64,000 nucleotides of DNA from sequence record OP870146.1. One strand, 5' to 3'. A program made the translations under genes and the position numbers. Below the pieces are notes generated by a model that had not been told where the DNA came from, did not search any database, and saw only the letters and a program-made list of their open reading frames with translations. This DNA is from Escherichia phage vB_Eco_F27. Below are positions 52,748-63,933 of the stretch, one piece after another; within the stretch, counting starts at the first letter, position 1; the number at the start of each line of letters is the position of its first letter.

Positions 52748-53401
52748 TTAATACTTACATGATTTGATTGTTTCTATGAACAATTTCTTAGCAGCATTTC
52801 CATCGATTTGAAGTATTTTTCGATATGCCTTTAATTTGGTAGAATAATTTTGCCAGACTAAGTTATCGGTGAGTTCGTCGTGCTTATCTATAATATTCAA
52901 AAACGAGTCCAACAATAAGAAAGTTTCAAATGAAATTATATTGCTTTGTAGCAATTTAAATATGTAGCTCGACTGAACGTTGTTATTATAATCAAATATC
53001 TCTTGAAGCGCACTAACTTCAACTTTCTTACTGAAATAGTAGATGTTACGTACGTCTTCAGCAAACGACTCTTTAGCTTGTTTGAGACGTCCAATATATT
53101 CCCTATAGAAAACTAATGCATCAGCGTCCGATATCTCACCAATCCATGCGTCTTGGTTAGCAACTAAGTTGCTTATGAATATCAAGGTGAGTTCCTTCAA
53201 TTTATATTTCTCTGCTAGTTTTTCAAAGAAATATTTATCTCGGCGTTTTTGATACGCATTATCCGAAACACGCATGCACCAGTTATATTTGATTACGTCA
53301 TACCGACCACCAAAATGGTTTTTGCACATCAAATATAGTTTATATACCGATTTTCCGTTAATATAACGTTCTCCATCAGGAGGCATGCGTATTTTAATCA
53401 T
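52748..53401 (-). CDS. 59: Helicase loader gp59
   Basis: 217 aa; close match to T4 gp59 as recalled. Confidence 0.92.
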   Translation of the reverse strand: MIKIRMPPDGERYINGKSVYKLYLMCKNHFGGRYDVIKYNWCMRVSDNAYQKRRDKYFFEKLAEKYKLKELTLIFISNLVANQDAWIGEISDADALVFYREYIGRLKQAKESFAEDVRNIYYFSKKVEVSALQEIFDYNNNVQSSYIFKLLQSNIISFETFLLLDSFLNIIDKHDELTDNLVWQNYSTKLKAYRKILQIDGNAAKKLFIETIKSCKY

Positions 53402-53736
53402 AATAAGAAATCTAACGTATTAGTTTTTTCACCACGAGCAACTGATGGGCGAAGCATGTTTTCGTCAATTGCTTCGCTTGTAATTTTTTCAACAATTCCT
53501 GTAGGAATAAATTTAGCAAATTGTGTTTCCGGAATAGAATTTTCTTCCAAGAAAGCAGTTGTTGCTTCTAAATAAGACATACCAAATTGTTCAACCATGG
53601 ATTCGATAATGAATCCGTTTTCTTGTCGGTCAAGCAATTTAGCGATATCATCTTTATCGTGTTTTACTGCTAATTCTTGTTCAGATAAACCGGCCTCATC
53701 AACCGGTTTAATATCACTTAGTGAAAACTGTGTCAT
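53398..53736 (-). CDS. 33: Late transcription co-activator gp33
   Basis: 112 aa (T4 gp33 112 aa); position between 59 and dsbA. Confidence 0.75.
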   Translation of the reverse strand: MTQFSLSDIKPVDEAGLSEQELAVKHDKDDIAKLLDRQENGFIIESMVEQFGMSYLEATTAFLEENSIPETQFAKFIPTGIVEKITSEAIDENMLRPSVARGEKTNTLDFLL

Positions 53737-53983
53737 AAAGCTCGACTACCTCTTCGTTTTCAGCTTCAAATTGGTCACGAGCGTCTTTATGATAAAGAGC
53801 TAACAAACGATTAAACATTTTTCCATCGACACCAAGCTCTTCTTTAGCACGAGTACGAATGTCTTTAATCAGTTCATTATAACCAGAAATTTTAAGTTTG
53901 TTATCGGAAGCTTCCTTGACTAGTTTAGCCAGTTCTTCACCATGCACATCTTGATTAAATTCAACTGCTTCTTTCTTAGCCAT
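53714..53983 (-). CDS. dsbA: Double-stranded DNA-binding protein DsbA
   Basis: 89 aa from the second in-frame ATG (T4 DsbA 89 aa); position between rnh and 33. Confidence 0.65.
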   Translation of the reverse strand: MAKKEAVEFNQDVHGEELAKLVKEASDNKLKISGYNELIKDIRTRAKEELGVDGKMFNRLLALYHKDARDQFEAENEEVVELYDTVFTK

Positions 53984-53990
53984 GTTTACC

Positions 53991-54908
53991 TCAGAATTCA
54001 TTAATTACACTTGTTAATTTAGAAAGACCAGATTTTACAAAATATGAATAAATCTTGCCTTTAGGTTGTTGTTTATATGAGTTATAATACTCTATAATGG
54101 TTGAAGCAATATTATCAGGGATATAATCAAAATCAATGAGAACCAAATTTTCTTGATACCGTTTATATTCTTCTGCACTTAATAATACTTCAGCTTGAGA
54201 ACGGTCGTTAGCAATTGCTTCAATAATTGATGTTTTCATGCTTGGAGTTCGTTCACCATCAACTCTGGTAAACCAGAAGTCGCCACGAACTCGAACAGAT
54301 GCAACACCATCCTTACGGTCACCTTTAAGAATTTTAGTCATGCAATCAATTTCAGCAGAACCGTTCTTAATTTTAACCCATTTTTTCTGTGGTGGCGACC
54401 ACTGTTTAACGTTAGGATATTTGTGTAATTGTGTAAAGTCACCATCTGATGCAACAATACATACCTTATGACCAGCTAATGACAAATATTTAGTTAATAC
54501 ACCGATATGGTCATCCGCTTCATACTTGTCAATATCCATTACAACGTATGGCATGTATTTCTTAATCTCATCAACAACTTGATGGAGTGCAGTAAAATAT
54601 CCTTCCCAATCCCACTTTGAAGCTTCACGATCAGTTTTACGATTTTTCTTGTAATAGTAAGCAAAGTCACGACGCCAATAACCTGAAGTAGCATTATCCA
54701 TACACAATACAAATTTTGTATAACCTTGCTTACGGAACATCACTACGTTTTTACGAATTGAATTCAAGATTACATGGCGAACCATCGGAACAGTAATTTT
54801 ATCGCCGTCTTCAAAGTTGTTTAATGCGGCTGCCAATGCAATGTTACTAAAGTCGGCAAGTGCAATACCTTCTTTGTAATCTTCATCCAACATCATTTCT
54901 AAATCCAT
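53991..54908 (-). CDS. rnh: RNase H (5'-3' exonuclease / flap endonuclease)
   Basis: 305 aa (T4 RNase H 305 aa); early promoter at 54941-54970; synteny. Confidence 0.88.
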   Translation of the reverse strand: MDLEMMLDEDYKEGIALADFSNIALAAALNNFEDGDKITVPMVRHVILNSIRKNVVMFRKQGYTKFVLCMDNATSGYWRRDFAYYYKKNRKTDREASKWDWEGYFTALHQVVDEIKKYMPYVVMDIDKYEADDHIGVLTKYLSLAGHKVCIVASDGDFTQLHKYPNVKQWSPPQKKWVKIKNGSAEIDCMTKILKGDRKDGVASVRVRGDFWFTRVDGERTPSMKTSIIEAIANDRSQAEVLLSAEEYKRYQENLVLIDFDYIPDNIASTIIEYYNSYKQQPKGKIYSYFVKSGLSKLTSVINEF

Positions 54909-54940
54909 ATGAACCTCTTGTTCAGTTAGTCAACTTGTCT

Positions 54941-54970
54941 ATAGTAACACACTCATTTGAAAGCGTAAAC
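54941..54970 (-). promoter_or_regulatory. Early promoter for rnh
   Basis: GTTTAC-N18-TACTAT on the minus strand, 33 nt upstream of the rnh ATG. Confidence 0.55.
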
Positions 54971-54973
54971 TGG

Positions 54974-54981
54974 TATAAATA
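54974..54981 (+). promoter_or_regulatory. Late promoter (TATAAATA) for gene 34
   Basis: Exact TATAAATA 31 nt upstream of the gene 34 ATG; adjacent to the -35 of the divergent rnh early promoter. Confidence 0.7.
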
Positions 54982-55011
54982 AGTATTATTGAAACAATAA
55001 AGGAAAAACGA

Positions 55012-58000
55012 ATGGCCGACATCAAACGTAAGTTCAGAGCCGAAGACGGTCTGGACGCCGGTGGCGACAAGATTGTTAACGTAGCATTAGCCGACCGTAC
55101 AGTAGGTACTGATGGCGTAAACGTTGACTTCCTGGTACAAGAAAACACCGTTCAAGTATATGATTCTACGCGTGGATATAACAGAGGATTTGTTGTTCTT
55201 TATGACAATCGTTTATATCAAGCAATAAATGATATCGTGTCTCCTTCCGGGGCATTTAACCTTTTACAATGGCGTGCAGTTCGTACCGATGCACAATGGA
55301 TAACTGTCGCTTCTGGGACTTATCAACTTTCTTCAGGTGAATCGATTTCGGTTAACACTGGTGCCGGCAATGATATGGTTTTCACATTGCCAAATACACC
55401 GGTTGATGGTGATACTGTTGTTTTGGCTGATATTGGCGGAAGAACCGGGACAGTTAAAGTACAGATTAACGCGTCTGTGCAGAGTATTTTAAACTTTAGA
55501 GGTGAACAAGTTCGTACAGTTTTAATGACGCGCCCACGTTCACAACTATTGTTTGTGTTTAGTAATCGTTTGTGGCAGATGTATATTACCGATTATGGTA
55601 AAGAATCAATCACTGTTACACCTGCGACACCATATCAAGCACAAGCAAATGATTTTATCGTTCGTCGTTTTACTAGTGCAGCACCAATCAACATTACACT
55701 TCCACGTAATGCTAACAATGGTGATATAATCAGCCTAGTCGATTTAGATAGATTAAACCCACTGTATCATACAATTGTTAAAACATTTGATGATACAACG
55801 TCTATTGGTGAAGTCGGGACTCATATTGCCGAAGGCAGAAATGACTCTGACGCGTTTTTTGTTTTTGATGCTGCAAATAGTTTATGGCGTATATGGGAAG
55901 GCGACCAGAAATCGCGTCTTCGTATTATCCGTGCGGATTCAAATATTCGTCCAAATGAAGAAGTTCTTATTTTTGGCACAAATAACGCTACAGCCGGAAC
56001 TATTAATCTTACGCTGCCTACCGGAATTTTGAGTGGTGACACTGTTAAAATTTCAATGAACTACATGCGTAAAGGCCAAACAGTAAAAATTAAAGCTGCC
56101 GAAGGTGATATAATTGCTTCTTCTGTTGCATTGCTTCAGTTCCCTAAACGTTCTGAATATCCACCTGATGCTCAATGGGTCTCTGTTACTGAACTAGAAT
56201 TCAATGGCACTACTTCATATGTTCCTGTATTAGAATTAGCGTATATCGAAGACACCGTTGCTGGTACAAGTTATTGGGTTGTTCAACAAAACGTCCCAAC
56301 TGTAGAACGTGTCGATGCTGGAACTGATACAACTAGAGCTCGTGTAGGTGTTATTGCTCTTGCAACTCAGGCACAGGCAAATGTTGATTTTGAAAATTCT
56401 CCGGCTAAAGAAGTTGCTATTACTCCTGAAACGTTGGCAAATCGTACAGCAACTGAAGCTCGACGTGGTATCGCTAAAATTGCTACAACAGCACAAGTTA
56501 ACCAGAATTCCACAGCAGCATTTGTGGACGATACTATTGTTACGCCTAAAAAACTAAATGAGCGTACAGCAACTGAAACTCGTCGCGGACTTGCTGAAAT
56601 TGCTACTCAGGTTGAAACCGATGCTGGTCTTGATGACACAACGATTATTACACCTAAGAAATTGCAGGCACGTCAGGGTTCTGAAACACTGTCCGGTATA
56701 GTTAAATATGTATCAACTACTTCTGCTACTCCGGCTGCATCTCGTGGAACTGCAGGTACTAATGTTTATAATAAAGACACAACCACGTTAACTATTTCTC
56801 CTAAAGCCCTTGACCAATATAAAGCAACTTATGCTCAACAAGGTGCAGTAATTTTAGCTGTTGATAGTGAAGTAATTGCTGGTCAATCACAAGCAGGTTA
56901 TTCTCACGCTGTAGTAACTCCTGAAACACTACATAAGAAAACTTCTACTGATGGACGTATTGGTTTAATTGAAATTGCTACGCAAGCAGAAACTAATGCT
57001 GGGACTGATTATACACGTGCAGTAACGCCTAAGACGTTAAATGATAGGAAAGCTACGGAAGGATTATCCGGCATAGCCGAAATTGCTACGCAAGTTGAAT
57101 TTGATACTGGAACTGATGATACTCGTATCTCGACTCCACTGAAAATTAAAACTCATTTTGATTCTTCTGACCGTACCAGTGTTAATTCTGATTCCGGACT
57201 TATTGAAGAAGGAACCTTGTGGAACCATTATACTCTTGATATTTCTAAAGCAAATGAAACACAACGTGGTACACTTCGAGTAGCGACTCAGACAGAATCT
57301 AATGCAGGAACTTTAGATGATGTTCTTATTACTCCTAAAAAGCTTTTAGGGACTAAGTCCACTGAAACGTCTGAAGGCGTAATTAAGGTTGCTACTCAGG
57401 TTGAAACTGTAACAGGAACTTCTGCTAATACTGCTGTATCTCCTAAGAATTTAAAATGGATTGTCCAGTCTGAACCAACATGGGCTGCTACTACGGCGCT
57501 TCGTGGATTCGTTAAAACTTCATCTGGTTCTATTACATTCGTTGGTAATGATACAGTTGGTTCAACACAACCTTTAGAATCATATGAAAAAAATAGCTAT
57601 GCTATATCTCCATATGAATTAAACCGTGTACTTGCTAACTATTTGCCATTAAAAGCAAAAGCTGCTGACGCAAATTTATTAGATGGCCTAGATTCATCTC
57701 AGTTCATTCGTAGGGACATTGCACAGACGGTTAATGGTTCACTAACCTTAACCCAACAAACGAATCTGAGTGCCCCTCTTGTATCATCTAGTACTGCTAC
57801 GTTTGGTGGTTCAGTTTCGGCAAATAGTACATTAACTATTTCTAACTCTGGAACAGCTACTCGTCTGATTTTTGAAAAAGGACCTCAAACTGGAACTAAC
57901 CCAGCACAGACGATGACTATCAGAGTTTGGGGAAATGAATTTGGTGGTGGTTCAGATAAAACACGTTCTACTGTATTTGAAGTTGGCGATGAAACATCTA

Positions 58001-58887
58001 ATCACTTTTATTCTCAACGTAATAAAGCTGGGAATATAACGTTTAGTATCAATGGTACTGTGATGCCAATAAATGTTAACGCTTCAGGCACGTTAAATGC
58101 GAATGGCGTTGCAACATTTGGTCGTTCAGTTACAGCCAATGGTGAATTCATTAGCAAGTCTGCAAATGCTTTCAGAGCAATTAGTGGTGATTACGGATTC
58201 TTTATTCGCAATGATGGAGGCAGCACATATTTTATGCTTACTGCATCAGGTGATCAGACTGGTGGATTTAATGGATTACGTCCATTATCAATTAATAACC
58301 AATCCGGTCAAGTTACGATTGGTGAAAGCTTAATCATTGCCAAAGGTGCTACTATAAATTCAGATGGTTTGACTGTTAACTCGAGAATTCGTTCTCAGGG
58401 TACTAAAACATCTGACTTATATACTCGTGCGCCAACATCTGATACTGTAGGATTCTGGTCAATTGATATTAATGATTCAGCCACTTATAACCAGTTCCCT
58501 GGTTATTTTAAAATGGTTGAAAAAACTAATGAAGTGTCTGGACTTCCATACTTAGAACGTGGCGAAGAAGTTAAATCTCCTGGTACATTGACTCAGTTTG
58601 GTAATACACTTGATTCACTTTACCAAGATTGGATTACTTATCCAACAACTCCAGACGCACGTACCACTCGCTGGACACGTACATGGCAGAAAACTAAAAA
58701 TTCTTGGTCAAGTTTTGTTCAAGTATTTGATGGTGGAAACCCTCCTCAACCTTCTGATATTGGTGCTTTACCTTCTGATAATGCAACAATCGGAAACTTG
58801 ACAATAAGGGATTTCTTAAGGATTGGTAACGTCCGCATTATTCCAGACCCTGTGAATAAATCTGTTAAATTCGAGTGGATTGAATAA
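55012..58887 (+). CDS. 34: Long tail fibre proximal subunit gp34
   Basis: 1291 aa (T4 1289 aa); internal ~25-aa repeats; late promoter at 54974-54981. Confidence 0.9.
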   Translation: MADIKRKFRAEDGLDAGGDKIVNVALADRTVGTDGVNVDFLVQENTVQVYDSTRGYNRGFVVLYDNRLYQAINDIVSPSGAFNLLQWRAVRTDAQWITVASGTYQLSSGESISVNTGAGNDMVFTLPNTPVDGDTVVLADIGGRTGTVKVQINASVQSILNFRGEQVRTVLMTRPRSQLLFVFSNRLWQMYITDYGKESITVTPATPYQAQANDFIVRRFTSAAPINITLPRNANNGDIISLVDLDRLNPLYHTIVKTFDDTTSIGEVGTHIAEGRNDSDAFFVFDAANSLWRIWEGDQKSRLRIIRADSNIRPNEEVLIFGTNNATAGTINLTLPTGILSGDTVKISMNYMRKGQTVKIKAAEGDIIASSVALLQFPKRSEYPPDAQWVSVTELEFNGTTSYVPVLELAYIEDTVAGTSYWVVQQNVPTVERVDAGTDTTRARVGVIALATQAQANVDFENSPAKEVAITPETLANRTATEARRGIAKIATTAQVNQNSTAAFVDDTIVTPKKLNERTATETRRGLAEIATQVETDAGLDDTTIITPKKLQARQGSETLSGIVKYVSTTSATPAASRGTAGTNVYNKDTTTLTISPKALDQYKATYAQQGAVILAVDSEVIAGQSQAGYSHAVVTPETLHKKTSTDGRIGLIEIATQAETNAGTDYTRAVTPKTLNDRKATEGLSGIAEIATQVEFDTGTDDTRISTPLKIKTHFDSSDRTSVNSDSGLIEEGTLWNHYTLDISKANETQRGTLRVATQTESNAGTLDDVLITPKKLLGTKSTETSEGVIKVATQVETVTGTSANTAVSPKNLKWIVQSEPTWAATTALRGFVKTSSGSITFVGNDTVGSTQPLESYEKNSYAISPYELNRVLANYLPLKAKAADANLLDGLDSSQFIRRDIAQTVNGSLTLTQQTNLSAPLVSSSTATFGGSVSANSTLTISNSGTATRLIFEKGPQTGTNPAQTMTIRVWGNEFGGGSDKTRSTVFEVGDETSNHFYSQRNKAGNITFSINGTVMPINVNASGTLNANGVATFGRSVTANGEFISKSANAFRAISGDYGFFIRNDGGSTYFMLTASGDQTGGFNGLRPLSINNQSGQVTIGESLIIAKGATINSDGLTVNSRIRSQGTKTSDLYTRAPTSDTVGFWSIDINDSATYNQFPGYFKMVEKTNEVSGLPYLERGEEVKSPGTLTQFGNTLDSLYQDWITYPTTPDARTTRWTRTWQKTKNSWSSFVQVFDGGNPPQPSDIGALPSDNATIGNLTIRDFLRIGNVRIIPDPVNKSVKFEWIE
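56330..57420 (+). repeat. Tandem ~25-aa coding repeats within gp34
   Basis: At least six copies of the motif (I/V)TP(E/K)(T/K)L..R(T/K)ATE..RG(I/L)A(E/K)IAT(Q)(A/V)E. Confidence 0.7.
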
Positions 58888-58895
58888 GAGGTATT

Positions 58896-60023
58896 ATGGA
58901 AAAATTTATGGCTAAGTTTGGACAAGGATACGTCCAAACGCCATTTTTATCGGAAAGCAATTCAGTACGATTTAAATTAAGCATAGCGGGCTCTTGCCCG
59001 CTATCAACATCTCCTGCTTATATTAAGTTCCATGATAATCCACTTGGGTCCCAGGTTTTTTCCGTTGGATTAAATGTTCGTGTAATAAATCCTACAACAG
59101 GTGCAGTAGTTGAATCTAAGTCATATAATTTCTCTACTGAAAACGACGCCACGTCAAGTGCATTTGTTACTTTCATGGACACACATGCTTCAAATTTTAT
59201 ATTTGCTCTTGTTACTAACGCTAAAACAAACTTTCCACCCGAAGTTCTTGCATGGTTTACTAAAGCTGGGAGTTCTGCTATTCCATTAGCTCAACAAGTT
59301 TTAAATATAGTGGACATTTCTTATTCTGCATTTTATATTTCTGGTAAGAATGCTATAGCACTAGAACATATTAAGTATAGTAATAAGAAAACTTCAACCG
59401 ACTATAGTACACCACTTGATGTTGTGTACGACACGATCGATGATATTGGTGCTACCGGCTTCCCTAGTCGTACGTACGAATCGACAGACACATTTTTATC
59501 TGCTGTTGGAGGTACTAATAATGAAATTAAAAGGATGCCTACAACATCCCTTATTACACCTCTCACTGGGTATAAATTGAAGCCTGGAGATTTCCTTTAT
59601 ATGAAATTCCAACTAATGGCCGATGCTGATTTGTTAGCACAAGGGACGACACGACTTTCTATTCGTTTCTTTAAATCTCCTTCTACTTCACCTATTTCAT
59701 TTAAGGATATAAACTTTGATGGGGACGCAGGTGAATGGAAAATATATGAAGACTACATAGAAATTCCTGCTGGTGCTGACGGGTTCACGATTTATTGTTA
59801 TCGTACAGCTCCAGTCGGGCAAGGTGGATTAAGAAACGTTATATTCACTGAAGTATCATGTAACGGAAGCGTTTCAAAACCTGCTGAGTTTGGTATAAAT
59901 GGTATTCGTGTAAATTATGTTTCAGAATCTTTAAGTGCCCCGGACATAATGACATTACCTACTCAATCTTCAACTGATACTGGTAAGGTATTTGGACAAG
60001 AATTTAAAGAAGCATCAGAATAA
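58896..60023 (+). CDS. 35: Long tail fibre hinge connector gp35
   Basis: 375 aa (T4 372 aa); followed by terminator hairpin. Confidence 0.8.
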   Translation: MEKFMAKFGQGYVQTPFLSESNSVRFKLSIAGSCPLSTSPAYIKFHDNPLGSQVFSVGLNVRVINPTTGAVVESKSYNFSTENDATSSAFVTFMDTHASNFIFALVTNAKTNFPPEVLAWFTKAGSSAIPLAQQVLNIVDISYSAFYISGKNAIALEHIKYSNKKTSTDYSTPLDVVYDTIDDIGATGFPSRTYESTDTFLSAVGGTNNEIKRMPTTSLITPLTGYKLKPGDFLYMKFQLMADADLLAQGTTRLSIRFFKSPSTSPISFKDINFDGDAGEWKIYEDYIEIPAGADGFTIYCYRTAPVGQGGLRNVIFTEVSCNGSVSKPAEFGINGIRVNYVSESLSAPDIMTLPTQSSTDTGKVFGQEFKEASE

Positions 60024-60028
60024 ATTTA

Positions 60029-60053
60029 GGGAGACTTCGGTCTCCCATTTTTG
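60029..60053 (+). terminator. Intrinsic terminator after gene 35
   Basis: GGGAGACTTCGGTCTCCC followed by ATTTTTGT. Confidence 0.8.
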
Positions 60054-60061
60054 TATAAATA
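60054..60061 (+). promoter_or_regulatory. Late promoter (TATAAATA) for gene 36
   Basis: Exact TATAAATA just after the gene 35 terminator, 25 nt upstream of the gene 36 ATG. Confidence 0.7.
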
Positions 60062-60085
60062 TGGTATACATATAAGGAGACAACT

Positions 60086-60751
60086 ATGGCCGATTTAAAA
60101 GCTGGTAGTACAACTGGCGGTGCCGTTATATGGCATCAAGGTAATTTCCCTTTAATGCCAGCAGGTGATGACGTCCTGTATAAAACGTTTAAACTCTATT
60201 CAGAATATAATAAACCACAAGCTGCTGATAACGATTTCGTTTCTAAAGCTAATGGTGGTACTTACGCTTCAAAGGTAACATTTAACAGTGGCGTGCAAAT
60301 ACCATATGCTATAAACAATACAAACCAAAGCGGTATTTTTCCTGGTAACGGTGATGCAGCTACTTTTGTTACAGCAAATATTGATATTGTTTCATGCTAT
60401 GGTATTGGTTTTAAATCATCACAAGGAACAGCGGGTAGAACTGTAGTAATCAATACACGTAATGGTGATATTAATACAAAAGGCGTTGTGTCTGCTTCAG
60501 GACAAGTAAGAAGCGATATGACTGCTCCTATAGCAGCAAATGATCTCACAAGAAAAGATTATGTTGATGGACGAATAAATATTGTTACGGATAACGCAAA
60601 TTCCCGTGTATTGCGTTCTGGCGATACCATGGCTGGTACTTTAACAGCACCAAACTTTTTCTCACAGAATCCGGCGTCTGAGGCTAATCATGTTCCTCGT
60701 TTCGACCAGATTGTAATTAAAGATTCTGTTCAAGATTTCGGCTATTATTAA
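60086..60751 (+). CDS. 36: Long tail fibre distal connector gp36
   Basis: 221 aa (T4 221 aa); late promoter at 60054-60061. Confidence 0.8.
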   Translation: MADLKAGSTTGGAVIWHQGNFPLMPAGDDVLYKTFKLYSEYNKPQAADNDFVSKANGGTYASKVTFNSGVQIPYAINNTNQSGIFPGNGDAATFVTANIDIVSCYGIGFKSSQGTAGRTVVINTRNGDINTKGVVSASGQVRSDMTAPIAANDLTRKDYVDGRINIVTDNANSRVLRSGDTMAGTLTAPNFFSQNPASEANHVPRFDQIVIKDSVQDFGYY

Positions 60752-60759
60752 GAGGACTT

Positions 60760-63700
60760 ATGGCTACATTAAAACAGATACAATTTAAAAGAAGCAAAGT
60801 AGCAGGAGTTAATCCTACTGCAGCACAATTAGCCGAAGGCGAATTAGCGATAAACTTAAAAGATCGAACTCTTTTTACCAAAGATGACCTCGGTAATATT
60901 ATTAGCCTAGGCTTTGCTAAGGGCGGGGATATTAACGGTAATGTAACTCATGTAGGTAACTATACTCAGACAGGTACATTTAATTTAATAGGCTCACAAA
61001 ATGTTGCATCTGGTGGATATATCGAATTTGCTTATAAGGCCACCGGAGTTGGTTCTTGGGCCGGTCAACACACGGCAAAAGCCCCTATTTTCATGGATAT
61101 TTCCGCATCAACCGCTACTTCAGAATATAACCCGTTAATTAAGCAACGTTATAAAGATGGTACTTTCTCATTAGGGACCTTAGTTAATGAAGGCTCAATG
61201 AAGATGCATTATATTGATGAAACAGGCACTTCGAAATATTGGACCTTTAACCGTAATGGTAATTTTCAAGTTGATTCCGGAAATTTATTAGTAGCTAATG
61301 GATATTTAGTTACTCAAAGTAATATTGAAACTAAAGCTGGTTCTTTAATTGGTCCTAAAGTTATTACCAAAAATATCAATGTGAGCACTAAATCTTGGGA
61401 CACTAATATTGATACTGCATATGATTTAGTTTCATTACCGACTTGGCAGTATACTCCAACCGAAACGGATTTGGATACTAATGGTATAAACTACCTTCGT
61501 AAATTCCGCGGACATGTTTCTTCTGCTATTTTCCATGAAATTGCCGATGCTCGTTCAGGTAAACCACAGAATATTTCATATTGGACTGGACGCAATGCTG
61601 AAGTTTATCAATGGTCTTATACCACCGACGGGCGTATGTCTGTTGCTAATTCGATAGGTGTAGGTCTTGCCGATGTCGGCTCCCAAGGGCGTTATCCTTT
61701 GGCAACATTTGGTAAAGGTATTGCAATTGGTGATAATGACACTGGTGTTAAATGGGTTCGTGACGGTGTTATTGATTTGGTTGCTAATGGCATTTCGGCG
61801 GGTACAATAAACAGCAATGGTATTAACAGTACTAAAAAATTGATGGTTGGTTATAGCCGTGATTCCGGAACTACATGGGATTACCCAAATAACAACCAAG
61901 CAATGTTTACTGCGCGTACCGATGTTGATGGTAATAATAATGGTGATGGTCAAACTCATATCGGTTATAGCAGTAATTCTAAAATGTATCACTATTTCCG
62001 TGGCACGGGTCGTATGTCCATTAGTATGGGTGATGGGCTTCTTGTTGAGCCTGGCATTTTAGATATTAAAACCGGTTCAAATTCGTTAAATTTGCGTGCT
62101 GATGGTACCATCGCTTCTGTTCAAACATTAAAACTTAATAATGGATTATATTTTAATGGTGATGGAACTAATGCTTCTCTAGTTTTTAAAGCAGCTTCAG
62201 GTATTGATGGCACTAAGCAAATTTTGTGGGAAGGCGGTACTCGTGCTGGTCAGAATAAAAGCTATGTAACTGTTAAAGCATGGGGTAATTCATTTAACGC
62301 ATCTGGCGATCGTAATCGTGAAACGGTTTTTGAAGTATCAGATGGGCAAGGATATTATTTTTATTCACAGCGTGTGGCTCCAAGTGGCTCTGAAACTACT
62401 GGGCCTGTTGTAACGCAGTTCAATGGACAAGTTAATGCTAGAGGAAGTATTATTACTGACGGAAGTTTTAAAGTTAATGGATTAAGCACTTTAAATGGTG
62501 CAGTTACCATGAGCAATGGACTTAATTTAACAGGCGGTTCTTCTATCACAGGTCAAGTTAAAATTGGTGGAACAGCAGATGCATTAAGAATTTGGGATGC
62601 TGAATATGGTGCTATTTTCCGTCGTTCTGAAGATAAATTTTATATAATTCCGACCCCAAAGGACGCTGGCGGAACTGGTGGTATTTCCAACCTTCGTCCA
62701 TTTACCATGACTCTTAGTACTGGTAAAATGGAATTTAAACATGATGTTGGACTTGGTGATAACGGCTCCGGCGGAAGCATATTATTTGTAGATAACACTA
62801 ACAAAGCCACTACTAATAATGGTCGTTTATACGTTAATATGTCAAGTGATGCTATAGTGCTTAATGCTCCTACACAAGAAACATCTAACTTTATCCAAGG
62901 ACGCAAAGCTAACGTCACTAAATGGTATGTTGGTATTGGCGACAGCGGTGATTCTGTTCGTATGCATAGTTATGCATATTCCCACGGCTTGGTATTAAGT
63001 GCTAACTCCGTTGATATTACTAAACCTCTTAAAGTCGGAAATGCTCAATTCGGTACTGATGGTAATATCACCGGTGGTTCTGGTAATTTTGCTAACTTGA
63101 ATACCACAATAAATAACCTTAAGACGGATATTGTCTCAAGTTATCCTATTGGTGCTCCGATTCCTTGGCCTACTGATACACCTCCTGAAGGTTATGCCAT
63201 AATGGAAGGTCAAACATTTGATGCTGGCTTGTATCCTAAGTTAGCTGCGGTGTATCCTTCCGGCGCTCTGCCTGATATGCGTGGTCAAACTATCAAGGGT
63301 AAACCATCTGGGCGTGCTGTATTGAGTACAGAAGCAGACGGTGTTAAGTCACATAGCCATAGTGCAAGTGCATCAAGCACAGATTTGGGTACTAAGACCA
63401 CTTCTAGTTTTGATTACGGTAGCAAAACGACTTCAAGCTTTGATTATGGTACTAAGACCAGTAATACCACTGGCAACCATAACCATACAGTGAGTGGTAA
63501 TACTAGCGCAGCAGGTAACCACCAGCACTCACAGACCGGTCCAAGGGGTCCTAATAACCAACCGACCGGGATATTTCCTAATGGGGCTACTCTAATTAGT
63601 GGAACCCAGGTTGTTGGTTTTGGCCTAAGCAACGGTGTCGTGCCTGGTTCAAGCCAATATATTGCAAAGTCATCGACAGAAGGTAACCATACCCACTCTT

Positions 63701-63900
63701 GGTCAGGAACTACTAGCGCTACGGGTAACCATGCCCACACCGTTGGTATTGGTGCCCATACACATACTGTAGGTATTGGTGCCCACTCTCATTCGGTAGC
63801 GATTGGTTCCCATGGACATACAATAACTGTAAATGCCACAGGAAATACAGAAAACACAGTTAAAAACGTTGCTTTTAACTATATCGTTCGTTTAGCATAA
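60760..63900 (+). CDS. 37: Long tail fibre distal subunit gp37 (receptor-binding tip)
   Basis: 1046 aa; C-terminal His-rich GNHxH / GAHxH repeats typical of the T4-type gp37 needle domain. Confidence 0.9.
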   Translation: MATLKQIQFKRSKVAGVNPTAAQLAEGELAINLKDRTLFTKDDLGNIISLGFAKGGDINGNVTHVGNYTQTGTFNLIGSQNVASGGYIEFAYKATGVGSWAGQHTAKAPIFMDISASTATSEYNPLIKQRYKDGTFSLGTLVNEGSMKMHYIDETGTSKYWTFNRNGNFQVDSGNLLVANGYLVTQSNIETKAGSLIGPKVITKNINVSTKSWDTNIDTAYDLVSLPTWQYTPTETDLDTNGINYLRKFRGHVSSAIFHEIADARSGKPQNISYWTGRNAEVYQWSYTTDGRMSVANSIGVGLADVGSQGRYPLATFGKGIAIGDNDTGVKWVRDGVIDLVANGISAGTINSNGINSTKKLMVGYSRDSGTTWDYPNNNQAMFTARTDVDGNNNGDGQTHIGYSSNSKMYHYFRGTGRMSISMGDGLLVEPGILDIKTGSNSLNLRADGTIASVQTLKLNNGLYFNGDGTNASLVFKAASGIDGTKQILWEGGTRAGQNKSYVTVKAWGNSFNASGDRNRETVFEVSDGQGYYFYSQRVAPSGSETTGPVVTQFNGQVNARGSIITDGSFKVNGLSTLNGAVTMSNGLNLTGGSSITGQVKIGGTADALRIWDAEYGAIFRRSEDKFYIIPTPKDAGGTGGISNLRPFTMTLSTGKMEFKHDVGLGDNGSGGSILFVDNTNKATTNNGRLYVNMSSDAIVLNAPTQETSNFIQGRKANVTKWYVGIGDSGDSVRMHSYAYSHGLVLSANSVDITKPLKVGNAQFGTDGNITGGSGNFANLNTTINNLKTDIVSSYPIGAPIPWPTDTPPEGYAIMEGQTFDAGLYPKLAAVYPSGALPDMRGQTIKGKPSGRAVLSTEADGVKSHSHSASASSTDLGTKTTSSFDYGSKTTSSFDYGTKTSNTTGNHNHTVSGNTSAAGNHQHSQTGPRGPNNQPTGIFPNGATLISGTQVVGFGLSNGVVPGSSQYIAKSSTEGNHTHSWSGTTSATGNHAHTVGIGAHTHTVGIGAHSHSVAIGSHGHTITVNATGNTENTVKNVAFNYIVRLA
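63391..63832 (+). repeat. His-rich coding repeats in the gp37 tip (GNHxH / GAHxH boxes) plus the tandem KTTSSFDYG duplication
   Basis: [61 protein letters not shown]; [23 protein letters not shown]. Confidence 0.8.
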
Positions 63901-63933
63901 GGAGAAGGGACTTCTGTCCCTTTTTATAATATG
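63901..63933 (+). promoter_or_regulatory. Structured (split) translation initiation region of gene 38: SD, hairpin, AUG
   Basis: GGAG at 63901-63904, hairpin GGGACTTCTGTCCC at 63907-63920, ATG at 63931; resembles the T4 gene 38 hairpin-bridged RBS. Confidence 0.55.
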
